The notes under the pieces are model-generated. The model worked only from the letters and a program-made list of their open reading frames with translations. It did not search any database and was not told the origin of the DNA. Below are positions 44,383 through 53,071 of a DNA stretch of 64,000 nucleotides, piece by piece. The stretch is taken from positions 62 to 64,061 of the forward strand of contig JAISKB010000015.1 of the NCBI GenBank assembly GCA_031261085.1, in the 5' to 3' direction. Both the position numbers and the translations under genes were made by a program. The DNA is from Christensenellaceae bacterium. Lineage in GTDB: Bacteria > Bacillota > Clostridia > Christensenellales > CAG-138. Positions within the stretch are counted from its first letter, which is position 1; each line of letters starts with the position of its first letter.

Positions 44383-45171
44383 CTACATGCTGCTGCGCCG
44401 CAACCTTTGCACGAGATGCTGCGTCATGGTGGCTATAAATTCTTTGTTGGTGGGCCGGCCCTTTTCGCTTTCGATCGTATACCCAAATAAAATATGCTGC
44501 TCCGCCAGATTGCCGCGGGTCCAGGTGACCTCTATCCAGGTGCGGATATTGCGCTCAATCTGCTTTTCGTTCACGTTGTGGATGCGCGCGGCATAGGGGT
44601 ACGCGTCGATGGATAGGTTGACCGCCCGCGCATAATGCCGTATGCAAAACGCCAGCACCGTTTTGATTTGATAGTAGCCGGCCAAGTTGACGGGCGCGCC
44701 CAGCTTGCGCAGCGCCTCGGTCATCAGCTCATCCACCTGCACGGCCATATCGTTTTCCCGGATGGTTTTGCGCAGGCGGCGCGCGTACTCATCGTTATCC
44801 GGCGCAAAATCCATCAAGCGGCTGAATATCATGCTTTCGTCGGTGGGCATTTGAATATGGTAGGTAATGCCCAAGCTGTCGGCCAGGTGCATGATGCTGT
44901 CCTGCTTCATGGAGGAAAACGTGAACACCCGCATCTTGTCGCCTATACCCTCCGCCCGGGCGCGGCGCAGCACCTCGATGCCGTCCATACCGGGCATGAG
45001 CATATCGAGCAGCAGCATATCGGGGGCAAGCATGCGGATTTTCGCAACCGCCGAAGGCCCGTCCGCCGCCGGGGGCAGCACATCGAACATGCCCGTATCA
45101 CGCAAATACGTCTCGAGCCGCTCTCGAAATATAGCATTATCCGTTACAATCAGAAGCGTGAATTTTTTCAT
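44383..45171 (-). CDS. spo0A: Sporulation master regulator Spo0A
   Basis: Receiver domain (LLLDMLMPGMDG) plus a Spo0A_C domain (IERNIRTWIEVTWTRGN...LFGYT). Confidence 0.92.
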   Translation of the reverse strand: MKKFTLLIVTDNAIFRERLETYLRDTGMFDVLPPAADGPSAVAKIRMLAPDMLLLDMLMPGMDGIEVLRRARAEGIGDKMRVFTFSSMKQDSIMHLADSLGITYHIQMPTDESMIFSRLMDFAPDNDEYARRLRKTIRENDMAVQVDELMTEALRKLGAPVNLAGYYQIKTVLAFCIRHYARAVNLSIDAYPYAARIHNVNEKQIERNIRTWIEVTWTRGNLAEQHILFGYTIESEKGRPTNKEFIATMTQHLVQRLRRSSM

Positions 45172-45272
45172 ACTTAATTCCAGTTTTTATCGTTTTTTGC
45201 GAATAAAAAGTTTAAACTGCCAATTTAAAGATACGTTTGCCTCCAAATATTGGAAATTTTTAGAATGGCACT

Positions 45273-45301
45273 ATTATATCAAGCAAATGCCATTTATGCA
45301 A
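45273..45301 (-). promoter_or_regulatory. Consensus sigma-A type promoter upstream of spo0A
   Basis: The minus strand has TTGCAT, a 17-nt spacer, then TATAAT. It is bracketed by a 7-bp inverted repeat, AATGGCA/TGCCATT (45264-45294). Confidence 0.6.
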
Positions 45302-45341
45302 TAAAAGTTCTGCAAAAATGTTTCAATTGCTACAAATTCAA

Positions 45342-46601
45342 CTATGTATCGCCGCACAGCTCCTGCATCCACAGGGCATAGATGCAGTACCCCTTGAGCG
45401 GATCATTGACGAACACATGCGTGACCGCCCCCACCAGCTTGCCATCCTGCAGTATGGGGCTGCCGCTCATGCCCTGCACGATGCCGCCGGTTTTTTCAAT
45501 TAACTCCGGGTCAGTGATGCGTATCACCATGCCCTTGCCCGCCGCGGAGGATTGCGGATACGCTTTTAGTATTTCGCAGGTATAGGCCTTTACGCCCTCC
45601 GAATCCACCGTGGTGAGCAGCACGGCGGGGCCCATCCTCACCTCTTCCGGGTAGGCCAGCAGCACGCCCTGCGGGTAGATCGGGTTGACGGAATCCGCAT
45701 ACATCTCCCCATATATGCCTATGGCGCAATTGGTATCGATGGTGCCCAGCCGCTGGCTCAGCATCGAAAACGCGCCCCGTATCTCCCCCGGCACGCCGCT
45801 GATACCGGCCGACACGCCCAGCACGCTCGAATGTATGATTTCCCCATTTTTAACGGAGAGCCGCGAGCCGGTATCCACATCGGTAATCGGGTGCCCCAGC
45901 GCGCCGTAACGCATCGTCCTCATGGAATAAAACGAGAGTGTGCCTATGCCCGCCGTGCTGTCCCGCACCCACATTCCCATCTTATATACGCCGTCCTCGG
46001 CATCCTGTACCGGGCGCAGGCTGAGCGTGTGCATATCCTCCCCGCGCAAAACCTTCATGCTGATTTCCCCCGTGGCGGCATTGCAAATGCGCACGAGATG
46101 GTCGGCGTCATCCACCTCCTGCGCATCAGCGTATAGTATCACATCCCCCACATGGATGCCGGCTTCCTGCGCGGGGCAAATTCCCGCCCCCTCGCCGGTA
46201 TTCACCGTGCCCATGCCCACCACCAGCGCGCCTTTGGTATATAGCGTTACCCCCACCGACTGCCCGCCCGGCATAACGCGTACCTCGCTGCGATCCAAAA
46301 AGCGCACCTGCTTGAGGGGTATAAAGCCAAACAGCTCCACCGTGGCAAAATACCCGCCGTTTGCCGCGGGCTGCAGGCTTTCACCCAAGTCCCCGGATAC
46401 GGCGCGGCCTTCCTCGTTCACCCGCACGCCAAAGGGCGCGTGAAGCCCCGCGAACAGCCCCTCGCTCTTTTCATCTATATAGGTCTCGCCCGGCAGCGCG
46501 CGAATCAAGCGCATCTGCTCGCCATAGTTAAAGCCGATGAGCAGCGCGCACAGCAGTATGCCTATGCACCGCGCAATCATAACCCCGCGCCTGTTTCGCA
46601 T
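45342..46601 (-). CDS. spoIVB: SpoIVB peptidase (S55)
   Basis: N-terminal TM helix, a PDZ region, then the S55 domain (GIGTLSFY...GALGHPI...VQGMSGSPI). ATG 46601 follows GAGGTG. Confidence 0.9.
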   Translation of the reverse strand: MRNRRGVMIARCIGILLCALLIGFNYGEQMRLIRALPGETYIDEKSEGLFAGLHAPFGVRVNEEGRAVSGDLGESLQPAANGGYFATVELFGFIPLKQVRFLDRSEVRVMPGGQSVGVTLYTKGALVVGMGTVNTGEGAGICPAQEAGIHVGDVILYADAQEVDDADHLVRICNAATGEISMKVLRGEDMHTLSLRPVQDAEDGVYKMGMWVRDSTAGIGTLSFYSMRTMRYGALGHPITDVDTGSRLSVKNGEIIHSSVLGVSAGISGVPGEIRGAFSMLSQRLGTIDTNCAIGIYGEMYADSVNPIYPQGVLLAYPEEVRMGPAVLLTTVDSEGVKAYTCEILKAYPQSSAAGKGMVIRITDPELIEKTGGIVQGMSGSPILQDGKLVGAVTHVFVNDPLKGYCIYALWMQELCGDT

Positions 46602-46678
46602 CCCTATCACCTCAAAAACAAATAAAAGCACCGTGAGCAAATGCTCGCAGTGCTTATACTTGACAAGTATCTTTTTAA

Positions 46679-48388
46679 CTATACTGGCATTTCATTGGGC
46701 TTGCGCCGCGTTTTTTTGGCGGCCTCACTGGCGGCTATCAATTCTTTCGCGTGCGCATAGGCAAACTGCGAGGCTTCGCTGCCGCTCATCATGGCCGCAA
46801 CCTGCTCGCAGCGCCGCTCCATATTCAGCATATGCACCTGCGTATGCGTGTGCGCGCCATCGGTATGCTTTTCCACCAAAAAATGCGCATCCGCCAGCGC
46901 GGCAATCTGCGGCAGGTGCGTTACGCAAAGCACCTGATGCGAGTCGGAAAGGCGAACCAATTTATCGCCTACCACGGCGGCGATGCGTCCGCTCACGCCG
47001 GTGTCGATTTCGTCGAATATCAGGGTGGCGATTTCGTCGTTTTGTGCGAACATCGCTTTGAGCGCCAGCATGATGCGGCTCATTTCACCGCCGCTCGCCA
47101 CCTTTTCGAGCGGCATCAGCGGCTCGCCCGCGTTGGCGCTCAGCAAAAACTCCGCGCGCTCCCTGCCCAGCGCGGCGGGTTCTTCGACAGGCTGAAACTG
47201 CACGGTAAACCGCGCATGCGCAAGCCCCAGCTCGCCGAGCTGCCGCAGCATGCCCTGCTCCAGCTCCTGCGCGGCGGTTTGCCGCAGTGCGGTTAACGCC
47301 TCCGCTTCGCGCGTATACGCTTGCAGCGCCCCTGCCACGTCCTTCTCCAGCTTTTCTTTATGCGCCTCCGCGCCGGTAAGCAGCTCCAGCCGGTCGGAGG
47401 CCTTGCTATAAAACGCCATGACCGCGGCGTAATCCTCGCCATATTTACGCCGAAGCAGGCCATATACATCCAGCCTGCGCTCTATGGCATCGGCGCGCTG
47501 CGGGTCAAATTCAGCCCCCGCTTTAAGGTCGCGCAGCGTGTAGCCTATATCCTCCGCCGCATAATAGGCCTCCTCCAGCTTGGCGGCCAGCGCCGCATAC
47601 GCCTCGGAATACGCCGCGATGTTTTTTACTTCGCGCAGCGCCTCACCCAAGCAGGATAGCGCCGCAGCTTCGCCCGAAACCAGCGCCGCGCCCGTTTCCA
47701 GCGCCTTCTCGATACGCTCCGCGTTGCTCAATATAGTTCGTTCCGCCTTTAGGGCTTCCTCTTCGCCCGCCTGCAGCCCCGCCTGCTCGATTTCGTTGAT
47801 TTGATAGGTGAGCACGTCGATTTCGCGCGCGCGTTCATCCTCGGAGCCAAACCCGCCCAGCAGCTCTTCGCGCAGGGCTTTGTAGCGGGCATACGCCGCC
47901 GCCACCCGGTCTTTGCTCTCGGCTGACCTGGGCCCTCCGAAGGCATCGAGATAGTCCATATGCCGGGCTTTGGAGAGCAGGGATTGGTGCTCGTGCTGGC
48001 CATGCACATCCACCAGCAAATCGGTGATGCGCTTGAGCAGCGACAGCGTGATGAGCGCGCCGTTTGCGCGGCACACGCTTTTGCCCGCGGCGGAAAGCTC
48101 CCGCGAGAGCAGCAGCTCGCCATCCTCCCATGTTAGCCCGTTCTCTTCGAATAACGCGAGCAGCTGCGGCGATGCCTCCGCATCGAACATGGCTTCTACC
48201 ACGGCCTTTTGCGCGCCGTGCGAAATGAGCTCGCGGCTGGCGCGTTCGCCCAGCGCCAGGTTTACAGCATCGATAACGATGGATTTACCGGCCCCGGTTT
48301 CCCCGGTAAGCACGTTAAATCCATCGGTAAATTCAATATCCAGCCGCTCGATAAGCGCGACGTTTTGTACGATTAGCCTACGCAGCAT
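46679..48388 (-). CDS. recN: DNA repair protein RecN
   Basis: Walker A GETGAGKS, a long coiled coil, and the signature ASGGEMSRIMLA. Confidence 0.95.
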   Translation of the reverse strand: MLRRLIVQNVALIERLDIEFTDGFNVLTGETGAGKSIVIDAVNLALGERASRELISHGAQKAVVEAMFDAEASPQLLALFEENGLTWEDGELLLSRELSAAGKSVCRANGALITLSLLKRITDLLVDVHGQHEHQSLLSKARHMDYLDAFGGPRSAESKDRVAAAYARYKALREELLGGFGSEDERAREIDVLTYQINEIEQAGLQAGEEEALKAERTILSNAERIEKALETGAALVSGEAAALSCLGEALREVKNIAAYSEAYAALAAKLEEAYYAAEDIGYTLRDLKAGAEFDPQRADAIERRLDVYGLLRRKYGEDYAAVMAFYSKASDRLELLTGAEAHKEKLEKDVAGALQAYTREAEALTALRQTAAQELEQGMLRQLGELGLAHARFTVQFQPVEEPAALGRERAEFLLSANAGEPLMPLEKVASGGEMSRIMLALKAMFAQNDEIATLIFDEIDTGVSGRIAAVVGDKLVRLSDSHQVLCVTHLPQIAALADAHFLVEKHTDGAHTHTQVHMLNMERRCEQVAAMMSGSEASQFAYAHAKELIAASEAAKKTRRKPNEMPV

Positions 48389-48397
48389 AAATGGAAC

Positions 48398-48850
48398 TCA
48401 GCCCTTTATCAGCGCTTGGAAGCGGTGTATCAGCTCCGGCGCGTCCACGCCATCCTTCACGGCCACAAATATGGTGTTTTCCCCCGCGATGGTGCCCGCC
48501 ACCTCTTCCCAGTGCAGCGAATCGATGGTTTCGCAGGCGGAACCGGCCGTGCCCGCGATGGTTTTTATGATGATAAGCCCGCTGGCCATGGTCATGGAAA
48601 CCACGGAATGGGCGAATATGCTGATGAACCTATCCTTTAAGCCCGCCTCGGCCTTATCGACCGTGGCGTATTTGTAGGCGCCATCATCGGAAAGCACCTT
48701 GATGAGACGCAATTCTTTAATATCGCGGGATACCGTGGCCTGCGTCACCTGCACACCCTGCTCCTTAAGGCGGGATGCCAGTTCTTCCTGCGTATCGATT
48801 TTATACCGGTCTATGATATCCAGGATCATCGTATGGCGTGCAGATTTCAT
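48398..48850 (-). CDS. argR: Arginine repressor
   Basis: RHTMILDIIDRYKIDTQEELASRLKEQGVQVTQATVSRDIKEL and GTIAGENTIFV. ATG 48850 follows GAGGAGG. Confidence 0.92.
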   Translation of the reverse strand: MKSARHTMILDIIDRYKIDTQEELASRLKEQGVQVTQATVSRDIKELRLIKVLSDDGAYKYATVDKAEAGLKDRFISIFAHSVVSMTMASGLIIIKTIAGTAGSACETIDSLHWEEVAGTIAGENTIFVAVKDGVDAPELIHRFQALIKG

Positions 48851-48894
48851 AGTGGTCCTCCTCAATAATGACGTGCGGATTTGCACGGAAGTGC

Positions 48895-49719
48895 TTATGT
48901 GAGTTTATTTTGAATGAGGGCATACAGGTTGCTCTCGCGCAAGCGGATGAATTTGGCGTTGTATTCGCTGCGGCAGACGGTGATGATATCCTCCGCATTA
49001 ACATCCTGCGTATACATGCCATCCATCGCCAGGTACCCATCACTCCGCATGGAAAACCGCATGGTCGCCGCATCGCTCGCAATGATGGGCCGAAAGCTGA
49101 GCGTGTGCGGGCAGATCGGCGTGATGATGAACGCATCCAACCCGGGGGCGATAACCGGGCCGCCCGCCGAAATGGAATACCCCGTTGCCCCGGTAGGCGT
49201 GCTGATGATGATTCCATCGCAAAACACGTTGCCCGCATCCTGCGCGCCGATCGTTACGTTTATATCGGCCACGCCCGAAAAATGGCGCTTATAGAGCAGC
49301 GCCTCGTTTAGGCAATGATGCGCTTCGCCGCCGTTTACAGAGCAGCGCAGCATCATGCGCGCATCGAGGGTATAGCGGCCGGCCTCTATGGCCTCGAGCG
49401 CACCCGCAAAATCACCGGCGGAAATTTCGCTCAAAAAGCCGATGCGGCCAAAGTTGATGCCCAATACCGGTATATCCAGCGAAACGGCCAGCGCCGCCGC
49501 GCGCAATATCGTGCCATCGCCCCCCAGGGCAACCAAAATGCCCGGCGGGCAAGTATCGAAGCCGGGATACCCACCCAACCCCGGCAAATGCTGCAACGCG
49601 GCATCCAGCACGCAATGGTAGCCCTTTTGCTCGGCGCTCGTGATGGCGGCCTGTACCTCTGCGGGCGCATCGGGTTTATGTGGGTTTGCAAATATGCCGA
49701 TACAGTGCATGCGCTTCAC
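48895..49719 (-). CDS. nadK: NAD+ kinase
   Basis: GGDGTILRAA and STPTGATGYSISAGGP. Confidence 0.92.
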   Translation of the reverse strand: MKRMHCIGIFANPHKPDAPAEVQAAITSAEQKGYHCVLDAALQHLPGLGGYPGFDTCPPGILVALGGDGTILRAAALAVSLDIPVLGINFGRIGFLSEISAGDFAGALEAIEAGRYTLDARMMLRCSVNGGEAHHCLNEALLYKRHFSGVADINVTIGAQDAGNVFCDGIIISTPTGATGYSISAGGPVIAPGLDAFIITPICPHTLSFRPIIASDAATMRFSMRSDGYLAMDGMYTQDVNAEDIITVCRSEYNAKFIRLRESNLYALIQNKLT

Positions 49720-49816
49720 CTATTACAATGCCCTTGCACTGTACATCAATACTATTTCTCTAATTATATGAATAAACGATAGCATTTTCAAGCGATTTTT
49801 CGAATATTGGGATATT

Positions 49817-50680
49817 TCATCCAAAATTAAAACAAGCGTGCGCCTCTTCTACAACATGTTGTATACGACATTCCAGCTTGTCGCAACGCACATTTTCATC
49901 ATGTTGTAAACGACATTCTTGCTTGTCGCAACGTACATCGCCCTCGCGCGATTTTTGCAATATCAACAAAAATTCTATGTTCCCCTTTGGGCCCGTTATG
50001 GGTGAAAAATCCGCCTCGCAAACCGCAAAGCCCAGCTGCCGCGCAAACAGGGCCGTGGCATACAGCACCTCGAAATGCGTGGATTTTTCGCGCACCACGC
50101 CATGCTTCCCCACCTTGGCCCGCCCCGCCTCAAACTGCGGCTTCACGAGTATGGCGGCAAGCGCGCCCTCTTTCAGGCAGGCATACAGCCCCGGCAAAAT
50201 CAGCTTGACCGATATGAACGAAACATCCATGCCCGCAAAGTCCAGCGGCTGATCAAACCAGGCGGGGCACATATTGCGCGCGTTGGTGCGCTCCATCACC
50301 CGCACGCGCGGATCGTTGCGCAGCCGCCAATCGAGCTGGCCATAGCCCACATCGATGGCATACACCCGCGCGGCGCCGTTTTGCAGCATGCAATCGGTAA
50401 ACCCGCCGGTAGAAGCGCCCACATCCGCCGCCACCGCGCCCGCCAGCGGGATGGCGTATTTGCGCACGGCCTTATCGAGCTTTAGCCCGCCCCGGCTCAC
50501 GAAGGGCAGCCCCTGCTCCTTCAGGGTAAGCGCCTGCGCATCGCCTATGCTCTCCCCCGCTTTGCTCACCCTGATGCCATCCGCATAAACCGCGCCCGCC
50601 ATAATCAGCGAGCGCGCTTTTTCGCGGCTTTCGGCCAGCCCAAGTTCCAACAGGCGCACATCGGCGCGCGTACCCTTCAT
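49817..50680 (-). CDS. tlyA: TlyA family 16S/23S rRNA (cytidine-2'-O)-methyltransferase
   Basis: S4 domain, SRGGLKL, a DVGASTGGFTD SAM motif, and GPKGNIEFL. The C-terminus carries a duplicated 15-aa Cys motif. Confidence 0.9.
   Translation of the reverse strand: MKGTRADVRLLELGLAESREKARSLIMAGAVYADGIRVSKAGESIGDAQALTLKEQGLPFVSRGGLKLDKAVRKYAIPLAGAVAADVGASTGGFTDCMLQNGAARVYAIDVGYGQLDWRLRNDPRVRVMERTNARNMCPAWFDQPLDFAGMDVSFISVKLILPGLYACLKEGALAAILVKPQFEAGRAKVGKHGVVREKSTHFEVLYATALFARQLGFAVCEADFSPITGPKGNIEFLLILQKSREGDVRCDKQECRLQHDENVRCDKLECRIQHVVEEAHACFNFG
49855..49938. repeat. 39-bp unit repeated with a 45-bp period (2 copies) at the tlyA 3' end
   Basis: CATGTTGTATACGACATTCCAGCTTGTCGCAACGCACAT (49855-49893) aligns with CATGTTGTAAACGACATTCTTGCTTGTCGCAACGTACAT (49900-49938). 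Each copy contains ACGACA-N8-TGTCGC. Confidence 0.9.
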
Positions 50681-50690
50681 CGCATGCTCC

Positions 50691-51578
50691 TCAGCGGTCG
50701 CGCTTTAGCGTGCTGTCGGTAAGCTCGATGAAATACCCCGCGCTCTCGCCAAACATCGCGACCGTCTCCTTGGCGCGCGCGGCGGTATCCCGCGCCATCT
50801 GCTTGGCCGTTTCCAACCCATACATATTGACATAGGTGAGCTTGTTGGCCTGTTTATCCTTACCCGAGGTTTTGCCCATATCCTGCAGGCTGCCCTCTAC
50901 ATCGAGTATGTCATCGGTGATTTGGAACAGCAGGCCATACAGGGTGCCGAATTTATCCAGCGCTTTAAGCTGCGCCGCGTTTGCGCCCGCAATATAGGCG
51001 CCGGCCAAAACCGATGCCTTAATCATGGCGCCCGTTTTGTGCGTGTGGATATATTCGAGCTGCGCCGCATCGGCCGCAGCGCCGCCATCGCTGGCCAAGT
51101 CCATCGCCTGGCCCCCTACCATGCCGCGCACCCCCGCCCCGTTCGCCACCGCGCGGATGGCGTCGAGGTAGCCGGGGCAATCGGTATACAGCGCCAGCGC
51201 GCGCAGCATCACCTCAAACGCATAGGTGAGCAGGCCGTCCCCGGCCAATATGGCGTTGCCTTCGCCAAACACCTTGTGGTTGGAAGGCTTGCCCCGCCGG
51301 TAATCGTCATCGTCCATGGCGGGCAAATCATCGTGTATGAGGGAATAGGTGTGAATCATTTCGATGGCGCAAGCCACCGGCAGCACCGCTACGAAGCCGC
51401 CGTCCAGCATATCGCATACGGCCAGCGCAAGCGAGGGCCGCAGCAACTTGCCGCCCGTGTGCAGGCTATAGGCCATAGGCGCGCGCAGCTGCTTGGGGAT
51501 ATCGGGGTCCTGCAAATACTTCGTCAGTTCCCCTCCGATTATTTCACGATACTTGGCGGCATGGATTGGATCTGCCAT
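50691..51578 (-). CDS. ispA: (2E,6E)-farnesyl diphosphate synthase (polyprenyl synthetase)
   Basis: First DDxxD-type motif LIHDDLPAMDDDDYRRG, and second motif QITDDILD. Confidence 0.92.
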   Translation of the reverse strand: MADPIHAAKYREIIGGELTKYLQDPDIPKQLRAPMAYSLHTGGKLLRPSLALAVCDMLDGGFVAVLPVACAIEMIHTYSLIHDDLPAMDDDDYRRGKPSNHKVFGEGNAILAGDGLLTYAFEVMLRALALYTDCPGYLDAIRAVANGAGVRGMVGGQAMDLASDGGAAADAAQLEYIHTHKTGAMIKASVLAGAYIAGANAAQLKALDKFGTLYGLLFQITDDILDVEGSLQDMGKTSGKDKQANKLTYVNMYGLETAKQMARDTAARAKETVAMFGESAGYFIELTDSTLKRDR

Positions 51579-51817
51579 TACGCTTCTCCTCCTTCTGTTC
51601 CTTCGCTCTTAAGCGTTTCACCGCCGCCTTCGCTCAGGGTGGTGATACGCGCATCATAGGCATCCAGCAGCTCCAAGCAGTAACCGCTCAGCGCCGCGCC
51701 CTCCTCATAGAGTTTTACCATATCATCCAAAGCTAAGCTGCCGCCGGAGAGCTGTTCCACAATTGCGTCCAGCTGCTGCTTCGCTTGTTCAAACGTGCGT
51801 TTCTTTTGCGCCGCCAT
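51578..51817 (-). CDS. xseB: Exodeoxyribonuclease VII small subunit
   Basis: 79 aa with TFEQAKQQLDAIVEQLSGGSLALDDMVKLYEEG. Confidence 0.92.
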   Translation of the reverse strand: MAAQKKRTFEQAKQQLDAIVEQLSGGSLALDDMVKLYEEGAALSGYCLELLDAYDARITTLSEGGGETLKSEGTEGGEA

Positions 51818-51820
51818 AGC

Positions 51821-53032
51821 TTATTCTCCCTCTACCTGAACTTTATCTACCGTGATATCCGCACGGCCATCCCGCAGTATCAGCCGCGCGGCCTGCCCCG
51901 CGCGCAAGGCGCCCGCGCCGCCTATGTAGCCCGCCTGCGTTTGCACCATGGCATAGCCCCTGTTCAGCACCTGCCGCGGGTTCAGCGCCCGAAGCGCCGC
52001 ATCGGCCTGCTGCAGCGAATTGTATGCGCCCATCACCTGCATATGCAGCGCCGCGACAGCCTGCGCGCGCGTGGCCTCTACCTGGCCCCGCAGCAGCCGC
52101 ACCCGGTGCCCCGGCGAATATTGCGCCGCCCTGCCCGCATAGGTCTGTACTTCGCCGCGGCAATCACTTAGCCTAGCATGGCACCGCGCCCGTAAATTCA
52201 GCGCCGCATCCTGTATGTCGGCCCGCAGCCTGGCATATTCCGGCACGCACAGCTCCGCCGCCGCGCTGGGCGTGGGCGCGCGCAAATCCGCCGCAAAATC
52301 GGCCAATGAAAAATCCGTTTCATGCCCCACCGCACTCACGATGGGGGTGGCGCAGGCGTATATGGCGCGGGCCACACATTCTTCGTTAAACGCCCACAAA
52401 TCCTCGAAGCTGCCCCCGCCCCGCCCCACTATGAGCACATCGGCGGCATGGAGCGCATCCATCCTTGCGATGGCGGCGGCTATCTCCTGCGCCGCGCCCT
52501 CGCCTTGCACCCGCACCGGGCATAGGGTTATGCGCATATTGGGGAAACGCCTGTGCGCGATTTGCAAAATATCCTGTATGGCCGCGCCGGTGGGCGAAGT
52601 GATAACGCCCAGGCACGCCGGCAGCAGCGGCAGCGGCTTTTTATGCTGTTCCTCAAAAATGCCCTGCGCCTGCAGCCGCGTTTTAAGCAGCAGGAACCGG
52701 CGGTATAATTCGCCCTCTCCTTCCGGCTGCATGCTGTCGACATACAGCTGATACTGCCCATCCCGCACATATACCGATACGCTGCCGGAGGCCACCACGC
52801 TTTGGCCATCCTCCGGGCGAAAGGCGAGCGAAACCGCGTTCTGGCGGAACATCACGCAGCTTATGCGCGCGCCCGTATCCTTTAACGAAAAATAAAGATG
52901 CCCCGAGCTATGCCGCTTAAACCCGCTTATCTCCCCCCGTATAGAAAGGGAGCTTAGCAGCGGGTCGCGGCGGAGCATGCCGTTTACATATTCGTTTAAC
53001 TGCGTTACGCTTAAGGTATATCCATTATCCAT
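51821..53032 (-). CDS. xseA: Exodeoxyribonuclease VII large subunit
   Basis: VTQLNEYV... OB fold, GVITSPTGAAIQD, and RGGGSFEDLWAFN. Confidence 0.93.
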   Translation of the reverse strand: MDNGYTLSVTQLNEYVNGMLRRDPLLSSLSIRGEISGFKRHSSGHLYFSLKDTGARISCVMFRQNAVSLAFRPEDGQSVVASGSVSVYVRDGQYQLYVDSMQPEGEGELYRRFLLLKTRLQAQGIFEEQHKKPLPLLPACLGVITSPTGAAIQDILQIAHRRFPNMRITLCPVRVQGEGAAQEIAAAIARMDALHAADVLIVGRGGGSFEDLWAFNEECVARAIYACATPIVSAVGHETDFSLADFAADLRAPTPSAAAELCVPEYARLRADIQDAALNLRARCHARLSDCRGEVQTYAGRAAQYSPGHRVRLLRGQVEATRAQAVAALHMQVMGAYNSLQQADAALRALNPRQVLNRGYAMVQTQAGYIGGAGALRAGQAARLILRDGRADITVDKVQVEGE

Positions 53033-53071
53033 TGCTGTAAAAGCGCCTTTGTATCGCTTGCGCGATGTTTT

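Noticed and set aside
44232-49938. Tandem repeats at 44232-44267 and 49855-49938, considered as possible CRISPR or minisatellite arrays.
   Set aside because: Each has only about two copies, they lie inside coding sequence, there are no spacers of CRISPR size, and no cas genes are present. They are reported as simple duplications instead.
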